The position numbers were made by a program, and so were the translations under genes. A stretch of 64,000 nt of DNA. Source: an uncultured Gammaproteobacteria bacterium (GTDB taxonomy: Bacteria > Patescibacteriota > Microgenomatia > Woykebacterales > RBG-16-39-9b). The notes below the pieces were generated by a model, which was not told where the DNA came from, made no database searches, and worked only from the letters and a program-made list of their open reading frames with translations. This document shows, piece by piece, positions 18,870 through 28,272 of this stretch. The stretch lies in the NCBI GenBank assembly GCA_964349395.1, contig CAYGGA010000001.1, positions 811 to 64,810 on the forward strand, in the 5' to 3' direction. Position 1 is the stretch's first letter; each line of letters starts with the position of its first letter.

Positions 18870-20168
18870 TTGGCAAAAGAACGAACTATTAGTGCTATTG
18901 ATGTTGGAAGTTCCAAAGTTGTTACTTTAATTGCTACTGGTAGCCGGGAAAGCCAGCTCACAGTGGTGGGTGTTTCCACAGTGCCTTCTCGTGGGCTACG
19001 CAAGGGGCAGGTTGTAGATATTGATGAAGCAGTCCAGGCGATTGCCCAAGGAATCGAGGCTGCTGAAAGAATGGCTGGGTACTCGATTACTTCCAGCTTT
19101 GTCAGTGTCGGTGGTAGTCATATTTCCTCAATAAATTCTCGTGGGGTAGTCGCAGTAGCTGGTAATGATAATGAAATTACCAGTGAAGATGTCCGTCGTG
19201 TGACAGAAGCTGCCCGAGCTATATCTATACCTTCCTCCAGGGAGATAATCCATGTTATTCCTCGTGATTTTGTAGTTGATTCTCAAGAAGGTATCAAAGA
19301 TCCAGTCGGGATGACTGGAGTAAGGCTTGAGGTAGAGACTCATATTATCACGGGTGCGGCCACTTCGATGCGAAATTTGGCAAAATGTATTCAGCAGGTT
19401 GGTATTGATGTTGAAGCTTTGGTTTTTTCTGGGCTCGCGGCCTCCGAAGGAACTTTGACAGAAACAGAAAAAGAACTTGGAGTTGCTTTGATTGACATCG
19501 GTGGTGGCACGACAGATGTGAGTTTATTTGTTGACGGTTCTATTGCCCATTCAGTCGTAATTCCGATTGGTGGTAAAAATATTACCAATGATCTGGCGAT
19601 CGGGCTGCGTGGGTCTTTGGAAAGTGCCGAAAAAATCAAATTAGAGCTCTCTCGAGCGGACAAAAAAGAGACTCGTATTGAAGAGGAAAGCTTGGAAGAC
19701 CGCAAGGAAAAAAGAGAAAAAGAGCGAAAAGAAGACATCTTGGATGTTTCCAAATTGGAGTTAGCTGAAGATTTGGGTGTCTTATCTAAAAAAACTTTAG
19801 TGGATGGCATCATCAAGCCTCGTTTGACCGAGATTTTTACGCTCGTTGGGATGGAGATAAAAAGAAGTGGTTACTCTGGGTTACTGCCAGCAGGAATTGT
19901 GGTTACCGGAGGTGCTTCAGAGACAGTAGGTCTAAGCCAAGTAGGTAAAGAAGTCCTAAGGATGCCCGTAAGAGTAGCTACCCCCACTGGAGTAAGCGGG
20001 TTGATTGAAGAAGTTACCACTCCAGCTTATTCGGGAGCTATTGGCTTGCTGCTCTACGGTGATCGCTTTGCTCCATCCAGTAATAGTTCTTTGCCTGGTA
20101 TGCCCTCTCTCAAGTTCAAACCCAATTTTGGTCGTGTGGTCAATTGGTTAAAATCATTCCTGCCTTGA
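18870..20168 (+). CDS. ftsA: Cell division protein FtsA
   Basis: Actin-like ATPase motifs ISAIDVGSSKV and DIGGGTTD. TTG start. Carries a K/E-rich insertion. Confidence 0.85.
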   Translation: MAKERTISAIDVGSSKVVTLIATGSRESQLTVVGVSTVPSRGLRKGQVVDIDEAVQAIAQGIEAAERMAGYSITSSFVSVGGSHISSINSRGVVAVAGNDNEITSEDVRRVTEAARAISIPSSREIIHVIPRDFVVDSQEGIKDPVGMTGVRLEVETHIITGAATSMRNLAKCIQQVGIDVEALVFSGLAASEGTLTETEKELGVALIDIGGGTTDVSLFVDGSIAHSVVIPIGGKNITNDLAIGLRGSLESAEKIKLELSRADKKETRIEEESLEDRKEKREKERKEDILDVSKLELAEDLGVLSKKTLVDGIIKPRLTEIFTLVGMEIKRSGYSGLLPAGIVVTGGASETVGLSQVGKEVLRMPVRVATPTGVSGLIEEVTTPAYSGAIGLLLYGDRFAPSSNSSLPGMPSLKFKPNFGRVVNWLKSFLP

Positions 20169-20238
20169 CACTGCCTTCAGTATTAAGTAAACTGCCCGTA
20201 CAATCTAAAACTGCCCTAAAGTGAGTAATTTATAGTTT

Positions 20239-21303
20239 ATGCTTATTAAACCTGAGATCAATCGATTTGCAAAGATAAAAGTAATTGGTATTGGGGGCGC
20301 TGGTTGTAACGCTCTAAATTCCATGATTTCCCAACAACAAATCCAAGGGGTGGACTTTGTGGCGGTCAATTCTGACGCCCAAGCTCTGCTTACCTGTAAA
20401 GCCGCGACCAAAGTCCAGATTGGTGATCAGCTCACCAAAGGGCTTGGTAGTGGTGGGCAGCCGGAGATAGGCCGTCAAGCTGCCGAAGAGAGTATGGATA
20501 GACTCCAGGAGATGGTAGAGGGAGCGGACATGATTTTTATTACTGCTGGTATGGGTGGTGGTACTGGAACTGGTGCATCTCCAATCATCGCGGAGATTGC
20601 CCGTGATTCTGGCGCCCTCACCGTCGCCGTAGTCACTAAGCCATTCAATTTTGAAGGAGCCAAAAGACGAGTAGCCTCAGAAGAAGGTATTGAAAATCTC
20701 AAAGATAAAGTCGATACCATGATTGTGATCCCCAACCAGAGACTCTTAGATGTCGTTGACAAAAAAATGAGCCTGCTGGAAGCTTTCAAAGTGGCGGATA
20801 ATGTTTTGGGCCAAGGTGTTCAAGGAATATCTGATATCATTGTTCTTCCTGGTTTGATAAATGTCGACTTTGCCGATGTCCGAACGATTATGAATAATGC
20901 TGGTAGTGCATTGATGGGTATTGGTTTTGGAACAGGTGAAAATAGGGCTGCAGCGGCGGCACGAAGTGCGATTGCTTCCCCTCTGCTCGAAGTTTCTATC
21001 GATGGTGCCAAAGGAGTTTTGTTCAATGTTACTGGTGGAAATGATCTGAGTATGTTTGAAGTCGATGAAGCAGCCAAAATCATCTCGTCAGCTGCCGATG
21101 CTGATGCCAATATTATCTTTGGTGCCACTATTGATGAGAGCATGGTCGATCAGGTAAAAATCACCGTCATTGCCACTGGTTTTAATGAAGATGCCCTTCG
21201 TAGTGCTGAAGCTCGAGATGTGGTCCAGTCTTTCCCTGAAGTATCTGACAATTCTGAAGAGTCTGATGAGTTTGACATCCCAGCTTTTATGCGTCAACGC
21301 TAA
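20239..21303 (+). CDS. ftsZ: Cell division GTPase FtsZ
   Basis: GIGGAGCNA motif and tubulin signature GGGTGTG. Confidence 0.9.
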   Translation: MLIKPEINRFAKIKVIGIGGAGCNALNSMISQQQIQGVDFVAVNSDAQALLTCKAATKVQIGDQLTKGLGSGGQPEIGRQAAEESMDRLQEMVEGADMIFITAGMGGGTGTGASPIIAEIARDSGALTVAVVTKPFNFEGAKRRVASEEGIENLKDKVDTMIVIPNQRLLDVVDKKMSLLEAFKVADNVLGQGVQGISDIIVLPGLINVDFADVRTIMNNAGSALMGIGFGTGENRAAAAARSAIASPLLEVSIDGAKGVLFNVTGGNDLSMFEVDEAAKIISSAADADANIIFGATIDESMVDQVKITVIATGFNEDALRSAEARDVVQSFPEVSDNSEESDEFDIPAFMRQR

Positions 21304-21340
21304 TGTCATTGCGAGGAATATAATGACGAAGCAATCTAAA
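21304..21340 (-). repeat. Inverted, degenerate copy of the ~35-bp gattgccacgcttcgctcgcaatgacaatggg motif, bounding the GIY-YIG gene on the left
   Basis: tgtcattgcgag...cgaagcaatc, compared by eye with the reverse complement of the 21676-21709 copy. Confidence 0.5.
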
Positions 21341-21629
21341 GAATGCGTTTGGATAAATCCTCAAACTGGGGATTTTTAGTTTTAATTAGGTTTAACTTCT
21401 TAATTCTTGAGCCCGCTTTAATTTGTTTCTCCCTTTTAATTGCTTCGAGCACATCAACAAAGATCTCAAAATAAACTAATTTATGGACTTTATATTTTGA
21501 TGTAAATCCAGGGATCAATTCTTTTCTATGCTCAAGGGTTCTTCTTGGTAGGTTATTAGTTATACCAGTGTAGAGAACTGAGTTAGTTTTATTGGTTAGG
21601 ATGTATACAAAGTAATGTTTTAAGGCCAC
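21336..21629 (-). CDS. GIY-YIG nuclease family protein
   Basis: YFVYILTNKTNSVLYTGITNNLPRRTLEH matches the GIY-(x10)-YIG catalytic module; 97 aa. Confidence 0.7.
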   Translation of the reverse strand: MALKHYFVYILTNKTNSVLYTGITNNLPRRTLEHRKELIPGFTSKYKVHKLVYFEIFVDVLEAIKREKQIKAGSRIKKLNLIKTKNPQFEDLSKRIL

Positions 21630-21675
21630 ACCTCTATATTAGAGACTGCTTTACTGTCTTCACAATGACAAACGG

Positions 21676-21709
21676 GATTGCCACGCTTCGCTCGCAATGA
21701 CAATGGGGG
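21676..21709 (+). repeat. ~35-bp motif gattgccacgcttcgctcgcaatgacaatggg (right boundary of the GIY-YIG cassette)
   Basis: Direct near-identical copy at 30172-30205; inverted partial copy at 21304-21340. Confidence 0.55.
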
Positions 21710-21738
21710 TTGACACTCTCCTGGTTACTTGGTTAAAT
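21710..21738 (+). promoter_or_regulatory. Sigma70-like promoter TTGACA-17-TTAAAT
   Basis: Consensus -35 hexamer with 17-nt spacer, upstream of the small ORF at 21749. Confidence 0.35.
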
Positions 21739-21748
21739 TTAATATACC

Positions 21749-21937
21749 ATGCCTAAGAAAACTGCCAAAAGAAAATCCCCAGTCTCGAGAAAAACTGATT
21801 CCTACTCTAAAAATTGGGTCAAATGGGTATTGATTTATTTCTTATTGGGGAGTTTAGTATACCTTTCTATCTACGCTCTCTTTTTCCAAAAAGGTTACTC
21901 AGATCTTAAACCAACTACTACCCAAACTAATCCTTAA
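21749..21937 (+). CDS. Small membrane protein (basic N-terminus plus one TM)
   Basis: 62 aa; KRK-rich N-terminus followed by a hydrophobic helix. Promoter-like element upstream. Confidence 0.3.
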   Translation: MPKKTAKRKSPVSRKTDSYSKNWVKWVLIYFLLGSLVYLSIYALFFQKGYSDLKPTTTQTNP

Positions 21938-21996
21938 AAAGAAACTCCCGCCGGAACCTAAGTTCCTTTGGGAGCTGAGGATAGTGCTCACCTTCA

Positions 21997-22377
21997 CTAG
22001 ACAGTAGCCAACTCTCTTTCTTTGACAAGCCACTCTTGAAAAATGGCTGTAAGGGCACCTTCGACTTGGTCAATGGTATTGCCGGACTTAACCTTTTTCC
22101 ACCCCCGCCCAGATTTTAAGCTTCGGTATCCAGCTTCATATGGATGGAGATGGTAGATCTGGATTTCCTTTGGAGCGGTCCATGGGAGGGTTCGAGTGGG
22201 TTTCAGTTGAACGACTACTATTGCGTACGGATCACTTTTAGTAAGCTGAATGGTTACCCGAGGTATCTTATGGTTCGGAAGCTTTCCCACCTTCTGCAGG
22301 AATCTATCTACCCCGTCGGTCAATTCTGAACGATATACCCCTTCGACTAAACCTTGGACGACAATCTTGGTCCTCAT
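21997..22377 (-). CDS. Hypothetical protein
   Basis: 126-aa ORF with no recognisable motif. Confidence 0.3.
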   Translation of the reverse strand: MRTKIVVQGLVEGVYRSELTDGVDRFLQKVGKLPNHKIPRVTIQLTKSDPYAIVVVQLKPTRTLPWTAPKEIQIYHLHPYEAGYRSLKSGRGWKKVKSGNTIDQVEGALTAIFQEWLVKERELATV

Positions 22378-22496
22378 CTCTCTCCTCCATTAATTGTGGT
22401 GAAGTATATACCAAAAGGTCTTGACAAGCAATTTGGTAGCCATTGTATACTAATGGTGGGCCCTAAATTTTCTCCCCCAAGAAAGGGCTTTTTTTA

Positions 22497-24131
22497 TTGG
22501 CTAAAAAGCAAAAATACATTTTTGTAAGTGGTGGTGTAATTTCCGGTATTGGGAAAGGTATCACCACCTCTTCTATTGCTGCTATTTTGCATTCAAAAGG
22601 ATATAAAGTCTCACCGATTAAAATTGACATGTACCTAAATGTCGATGCGGGTACGATCCGTCCACAAGAGCATGGGGAAGTGTTTGTGACTGATGATGGG
22701 ATTGAAACTGACCAAGATCTAGGAAATTACGAAAGATTTTTAGATATTGATCTCACTCGAGCCAATTATCTGACCACGGGCCAGGTCTATCAAGAAGTTA
22801 TTCGTAAAGAAAGAGCTTTTGAGTATGACGGAGAAGATGTGGAGGCAATTCCGCATGTTTCCGATGAAATAATCCGCCGAATTGAAGAAGCCGGAGTGGC
22901 TCTGGAAGCTGATATTGTGATCATCGAATTAGGTGGCACCGTTGGCGAGTACCAAAATGGGCTCTTTTTTGAAGCTTCGCGTATTATGAGACTTAGAAAT
23001 CCACATGATGTCGTTCAAGTACATGTCGCTTACCTACCTGTTCCCGGAAAACTAGGCGAGATGAAGTCCAAACCAGTCCAACAGTCAGTTCGAGTTCTAA
23101 ACTCCATGGGGATCCAACCAGATATTGTGATTGGTAGAAGTGAAACTCCCATGGACCAAAAGCGCAAAGAACGGCTTGCTCTTTTTACCAATGTTCAGAT
23201 GGAAGACGTTATCTCCAATCCAGACGTAGAGTCTATCTACGAGATCCCCCTTGTTTTAAGTGAACAAAATGTTGGCGAAAGAATCCTGCAAAAGCTTGAT
23301 TTAAAACCAGGGCAGAAAGATTTGAAAAAGTGGCGTGAGCTAGTAACAAAAATCAAAACAGTAAATAAAGAGGTAAAAATTGGCGTGGTAGGGAAGTACT
23401 TTGCTACGGGTGACTTTCAACTTGAAGACGTCTACATCTCGGTAATTGAGGCTTTAAAACATGCTAGTTGGGCAAATAACTTACGTCCAAGACTGTTTTG
23501 GTTTGACTCAATCATCTTTGAAAACGATGACAAAAGTTTAGCTCACTTAAAGGATATGGATGGTATTGTTATTCCCGGTGGTTTTGGCGAGCGGGGGACA
23601 GAAGGGCTAATCAATGCTGTCCGTTTTGCCCGTGAAAATAAGATTCCTTGTCTAGGGCTTTGCTACGGACTGCATATGCAGGTAATTGAGTTTGCTCGGA
23701 ATGTTTTGAATTTAAAAAATGCCCAAACTACTGAAATAGACAATGATACTCCTCATCCCGTAATCCACATTATGCCTGATCAGGAAAAGAAAATGCTGAT
23801 TCGGGATTATGGAGCTAGTATGAGACTGGGGGCTTGGGAAGCTCAAATAAAAAAAGGAACCAAAACTTTTGAAGCTTATGGAAAAGAGAAGATCTCGGAA
23901 AGACACCGCCATCGGTATGAGGTTAACAATAATTACCGCACACAGCTCGAGGAAAGTGGCTACATCGTTTCGGCAACCTCACCTGAAGGTCATTTGATTG
24001 AGATAATGGAACAGACCGACCACCCCTTTATGGTTGGATCGCAGTTTCACCCTGAACTAAAATCGCGACCTTTTTCTCCACACCCGCTTTTTAATGCTTT
24101 TATAAAAGCGTCCAGCAAAAAAGCGTCCTAA
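22497..24131 (+). CDS. pyrG: CTP synthase
   Basis: N-terminus YIFVSGGVISGIGKGITTSS (synthetase domain); C-terminal class-I glutamine amidotransferase with GLCYGLHM (Cys nucleophile). Confidence 0.9.
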   Translation: MAKKQKYIFVSGGVISGIGKGITTSSIAAILHSKGYKVSPIKIDMYLNVDAGTIRPQEHGEVFVTDDGIETDQDLGNYERFLDIDLTRANYLTTGQVYQEVIRKERAFEYDGEDVEAIPHVSDEIIRRIEEAGVALEADIVIIELGGTVGEYQNGLFFEASRIMRLRNPHDVVQVHVAYLPVPGKLGEMKSKPVQQSVRVLNSMGIQPDIVIGRSETPMDQKRKERLALFTNVQMEDVISNPDVESIYEIPLVLSEQNVGERILQKLDLKPGQKDLKKWRELVTKIKTVNKEVKIGVVGKYFATGDFQLEDVYISVIEALKHASWANNLRPRLFWFDSIIFENDDKSLAHLKDMDGIVIPGGFGERGTEGLINAVRFARENKIPCLGLCYGLHMQVIEFARNVLNLKNAQTTEIDNDTPHPVIHIMPDQEKKMLIRDYGASMRLGAWEAQIKKGTKTFEAYGKEKISERHRHRYEVNNNYRTQLEESGYIVSATSPEGHLIEIMEQTDHPFMVGSQFHPELKSRPFSPHPLFNAFIKASSKKAS

Positions 24132-24362
24132 GACGCTCTTCTGCTTTGAATCTATCAGTGGAGGGCAACACTGACAGTTCGAGGATAATAGAAGCACTTT
24201 CAGTCTTCTGCGCTTCACTATTGTGGCTCTTTTGTTACTCCATCGACTAATAGAAGATTCCGCTTCGCAGACTCTTCTGCGCTAAAGCTAAAAAGAGTAC
24301 ACCAATACTATCAACTTATATTATAGTGGTCAACACACAAGCATGCTAAGAGGAGTGGGTAG

Positions 24363-24671
24363 TTAAACAATTGGTTTGTGAGGGAAGTCCGGGAAGATCA
24401 TGTCTTGGAGTTTCATACCCTTTTTGTCAGCATCAGCAATCATTTTAATGATGGTTTCTACACCCGCCAGATTGATACCTTTGTTTTGAGTTAAGAAGCG
24501 GATAAATTGCAGCTTGCGGATATCTTTTTGGGAATAGCGCCGACGATTGGTTTTTGTTCTTTGGGGGATCACTAACCCCTCATTTTCATAAATCATGAGA
24601 GTTCGTGGATGGACACCCATAATTTCGGCTGCGACTGACAGTGTAAATAGTGGCTTATCGTCAATACCCAT
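24363..24671 (-). CDS. MerR-family HTH transcriptional regulator
   Basis: N-terminal MerR-type HTH (LFTLSVAAEIMGVHPRTLMIYENEGLV), 102 aa. Divergent from the KGG stress gene. Confidence 0.6.
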   Translation of the reverse strand: MGIDDKPLFTLSVAAEIMGVHPRTLMIYENEGLVIPQRTKTNRRRYSQKDIRKLQFIRFLTQNKGINLAGVETIIKMIADADKKGMKLQDMIFPDFPHKPIV

Positions 24672-24895
24672 GCTAATAAAAGGTTAAACCAAAAGTGACG
24701 CGTTTGCAAGAGCTGGTTGTCTCTCCAAGTGTTGGTTGAGTGTTGTTTTAAGAGAAATTATTGCTAATAATGATTTAGTAGGAGTTGTGTATGAGTCCAC
24801 AGACTCCTTAACTTTTGTGGACTCGAGGGCAATGCGCAACTTCAAACGCAAATTCATTTCTCCGAATTTCTACCTTTAACCAAGAAACTAAGGGG

Positions 24896-24924
24896 TTGAC
24901 AAACCCCAACCCAAACGTTATAGT
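24896..24924 (+). promoter_or_regulatory. Sigma70-like promoter TTGACA-17-TATAGT
   Basis: Near-consensus hexamers with 17-nt spacer, about 55 nt upstream of the KGG gene. Confidence 0.5.
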
Positions 24925-24983
24925 AAGACTGTAACATTTACATTAATAATAAGTGTAACCTAAATTGAGAGGGGGTGATGTAC

Positions 24984-25238
24984 ATGCCCATGACAACTGA
25001 AGAAGCCGGCCGCCGAGGTGGTCTCGCAGTTAAGAAGAAATACGGTCCCTCATTTTACTCTGAGATTGGCAAAAAAGGAGGCCAATCTACCAAAAGTCAC
25101 TATGGACCAGACTTTTACTCCATGATTGGAGAAAAAGGTGGAGAAGCAGTTAAGAGAAAGCACGGTCCCGCCTTTTACTCAGAAATTGGCCGCCGAGGCG
25201 GACAGGCCCAAAGTTCCAGAACTAAAAAAAGCGGTTAA
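24984..25238 (+). CDS. KGG-repeat general stress protein (YciG/GsiB-like)
   Basis: Three tandem ~22-aa repeats of G(R/K)(R/K)GG-AVK(K/R)KYGP-FYSEIG-KGG. The GAGAGGGGG SD favours the ATG at 24984. Confidence 0.6.
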   Translation: MPMTTEEAGRRGGLAVKKKYGPSFYSEIGKKGGQSTKSHYGPDFYSMIGEKGGEAVKRKHGPAFYSEIGRRGGQAQSSRTKKSG

Positions 25239-25431
25239 AGTGAAGATTAAATTGCTATTTGGTAACAGGTTGCTACTGCATATGTAGTAGCTTGTTACTT
25301 TGCAGTAAACCTTTCATTAGGAACGAAGTGACGCAGGAGTTTTCTAAAAGAAAATCTCTTAGCTTTAGGGCAGAAGTCCTTCGAAGAAGGATCTTCTATC
25401 CAAGCAGCCTTCAATCTGATAAAATCTCCGT

Positions 25432-28272
25432 ATGTTTAAACCCGTGGACCCAAAACCTGATTTCCCCAATCTTGAAAAAGACTTGTTGGAACACTGGGAG
25501 AAAACCGGGTTGGTAGAAAAATATTTAAAGAAAAATTCCAATTCTGACAAAAATTTCTCTTTTCTAGATGGACCAATCACTGCCAACAACCCGATGGGGG
25601 TGCACCATGCCTGGGGTCGTACTTATAAAGACTTATGGCAAAGATTTCATAATATGCTGGGGTATAAACAAAGATTCCAAAATGGTTTTGATGAACAGGG
25701 GCTGTGGGTTGAGGTGGAGGTAGAAAAAGAGCTCGGATTAAACTCTAAAAAAGAAATTGAGAATCTAGTGCCCGGAGATAGGGAAGCGAGCATTGCTAAA
25801 TTTATCAATCTTTGCAAGGAGAGAGTAAAGAAATACGCTGCTATTCAAACCTCTCAGAGCCAACGACTAGGTTATTTTATGGACTGGGAGAATTCTTATC
25901 ACACTTCCTCTGACACCAATAACTATGCCATTTGGAATTTTCTTAAAAAAGTGCATACTGATGGGAATTTATATAAGGGTGCAGACAGCGTGCCTTGGTG
26001 CCCCAGATGTGGCACGGCTATCTCTCAACATGAGATTTTGACCGAAGAGTACAAAGAAATCAATCATGATACTATTTTTTTCAAACTACCCATAAAAGGT
26101 AAGGACAAAGAATACTTACTAGTCTGGACGACCACCCCTTGGACCATTCCCGCCAATGTTGCCGTGGCAATTAATCCCAAACTCCAATATGTGAAAGTAA
26201 AAATGGGCCAAGAAACTTATTATTTAGCTCAAGATAGGCTCACTGTTTTAGAGGGGGAGGTTTCCAAGCCAACCCCCGTGGCTGTTAATGAATTATTAAC
26301 CTTTACTTATGAAGGCCCTTTTGACCATTTACCACTGGTGAAAGAAACTCTAAAAGGGTACGAACACCGAGTGATTGATGGAGGGGAGTTAGTCACGGGC
26401 GATGAGGGTACTGGTTTGCTACATGTGGCCCCAGGAGCTGGAGAAGAAGATTACGAGCTAGCCAAACAATATAACTTACCGGTTTTAGGGTTGATTGAGG
26501 AAGACGCTAGTTATATCCCAGGACTGATGGAATTTTCTGGCCAGAATGCTAAGGCTCACCCCGGCATAATTATTGACCACCTTAAAAAAAGTGAGGGTGG
26601 TAAATACTTACTTAAAACACAACAAATTGTCCACCGCTACCCTACCTGCTGGCGGTGTAAAAGTGAGCTAGTCTGGCGAGTGGTAGATGAGTGGTACATC
26701 AGCGTTGACCCGAGGGATGGTAAAGGTAGAGATTTGAGAAGTGAAATGATAAGTGTGGCTAAAAAAATCAGCTGGATTCCCCAGTGGGGTAAAGAGCGGG
26801 AGCTTGATTGGCTGAAAAATATGCATGATTGGTTGATTTCCAAAAAAAGATATTGGGGACTGGCCCTACCGATCTATGAATGCACCAAGTGCGGTCATTT
26901 TGAGGTGATTGGGTCAAAGGAAGAGCTAAAGGCGAAGGCAGTGGCAGGTTGGTCTGAGTTTGAGGGCAATAGTCCACACCGTCCATGGGTAGACCATGTC
27001 AAGATAAAATGTAGTAATTGTGGAGAAGTGGTTAGTAGAATTCCAGATGTGGGGAATCCTTGGCTAGATGCGGGGATCGTACCTTATTCGACTCTGCCAG
27101 AAGAGTGGTTCCCTGCTGACTTAGTGGGAGAGAGTTTTCCGGGTCAGTTTAAAAATTGGTTTTATTCCATGATTGCTATGTCCACAGTTTTACAAAATAC
27201 CAACCCATTTAAAACTTTATTTGGTTACGCTTCTATGAAAGATGAAAAAGGTGAGGAGATGCACAAAAGTAAAGGGAATGCGATTTGGTTTGACGAAGGG
27301 GCTGAAAAAATCGGAGTGGATGTCATGCGCTGGCTTTTTGTTACTCATAATCCTGAAAACAATCTTCACTTTGGCTACAATGTCACCGACTTAGTCAGGA
27401 GACAATTTTTCCTTCTGCTCTGGAATGTGTATAAATTCTTTGTGGATTATGCGAGGGTTGATAATTACGAGAATAAAATCCCCACTCTTCCACAAAGTAA
27501 AAATGTCTTAGATCAGTGGATTCTTAGCCGCCTGTCACAGTTGCATGAAACTATGACAAATTCTTTGCCTAAATATGACATGATGACCAGCTACCGCAGT
27601 AGCGAAGATTTTTTGCAAGATTTATCGGTTTGGTATTTACGCCGCAGTCGTGACCGAGTCGGCCCGACCGTCCCAGACTCAGAAGATAAACAAGCTTTTT
27701 ATAATACCATGCATTTTGTTTTAACCACTTATGTCAAATTACTTGCTCCCGCTATCCCTTTTGTGACTGACATGATTTACACCAATCTAACTTCTGAGGA
27801 GTCAGTTCATTTGACTGATTGGCCCGAGAAAATAGGCGAGATAGATAACCAGTTGCAAGATAATATGAGGGTAGCTCGCGAAATAGTGGAAAAAGGGCAT
27901 AGTGCAAGAAAGGAGAGTAGTCTCAAAGTCAGACAACCTTTGAAAAGTGTGAACTATACCGCGCAGAACCGTTTACCAGAGGAAATTGAAAGTGTCATTG
28001 CGGCGGAATTGAATGTAAAACTGGTAATTTACAGTCTGGATTCAGATTTGAGTGTGAAAGTTGATACTCAATTGACAGAAGAATTAAAGGCTGAAGGAGA
28101 GGCTAGAGAGTTAGTGCGGATGATCCAAGAGAAAAGAAAAGATATGAATGTGAAATTTAATGACCAGGTAAAGGTAACTCTACCGTCATGGCCGAAAGAA
28201 TTTGAAGATTATATCCAAAAGGAAACTCTTTCAAAACTTGAGGTAGGGAATGAGTTATCCGTGTCCTCATGA
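25432..28272 (+). CDS. ileS: Isoleucine--tRNA ligase, type 2 (Thermus/eukaryote-like)
   Basis: N-terminus MFKPVDPKPDFPNLE...HWEK and PITANN...YKDL align with type-2 IleRS. Also carries DWLISKKRYWG, WCPRCGTAISQHE, Cys knuckles and a KMSKS-like MHKSKGN. The HIGH position reads GVHH. Confidence 0.8.
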   Translation: MFKPVDPKPDFPNLEKDLLEHWEKTGLVEKYLKKNSNSDKNFSFLDGPITANNPMGVHHAWGRTYKDLWQRFHNMLGYKQRFQNGFDEQGLWVEVEVEKELGLNSKKEIENLVPGDREASIAKFINLCKERVKKYAAIQTSQSQRLGYFMDWENSYHTSSDTNNYAIWNFLKKVHTDGNLYKGADSVPWCPRCGTAISQHEILTEEYKEINHDTIFFKLPIKGKDKEYLLVWTTTPWTIPANVAVAINPKLQYVKVKMGQETYYLAQDRLTVLEGEVSKPTPVAVNELLTFTYEGPFDHLPLVKETLKGYEHRVIDGGELVTGDEGTGLLHVAPGAGEEDYELAKQYNLPVLGLIEEDASYIPGLMEFSGQNAKAHPGIIIDHLKKSEGGKYLLKTQQIVHRYPTCWRCKSELVWRVVDEWYISVDPRDGKGRDLRSEMISVAKKISWIPQWGKERELDWLKNMHDWLISKKRYWGLALPIYECTKCGHFEVIGSKEELKAKAVAGWSEFEGNSPHRPWVDHVKIKCSNCGEVVSRIPDVGNPWLDAGIVPYSTLPEEWFPADLVGESFPGQFKNWFYSMIAMSTVLQNTNPFKTLFGYASMKDEKGEEMHKSKGNAIWFDEGAEKIGVDVMRWLFVTHNPENNLHFGYNVTDLVRRQFFLLLWNVYKFFVDYARVDNYENKIPTLPQSKNVLDQWILSRLSQLHETMTNSLPKYDMMTSYRSSEDFLQDLSVWYLRRSRDRVGPTVPDSEDKQAFYNTMHFVLTTYVKLLAPAIPFVTDMIYTNLTSEESVHLTDWPEKIGEIDNQLQDNMRVAREIVEKGHSARKESSLKVRQPLKSVNYTAQNRLPEEIESVIAAELNVKLVIYSLDSDLSVKVDTQLTEELKAEGEARELVRMIQEKRKDMNVKFNDQVKVTLPSWPKEFEDYIQKETLSKLEVGNELSVSS

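Noticed and set aside
19391-19816. 141-aa minus-strand ORF inside ftsA, and 20475-21309 minus-strand ORFs inside ftsZ
   Set aside because: Low-complexity Ser/Ala-rich translations of the antisense strand of strongly supported genes. No independent signals.
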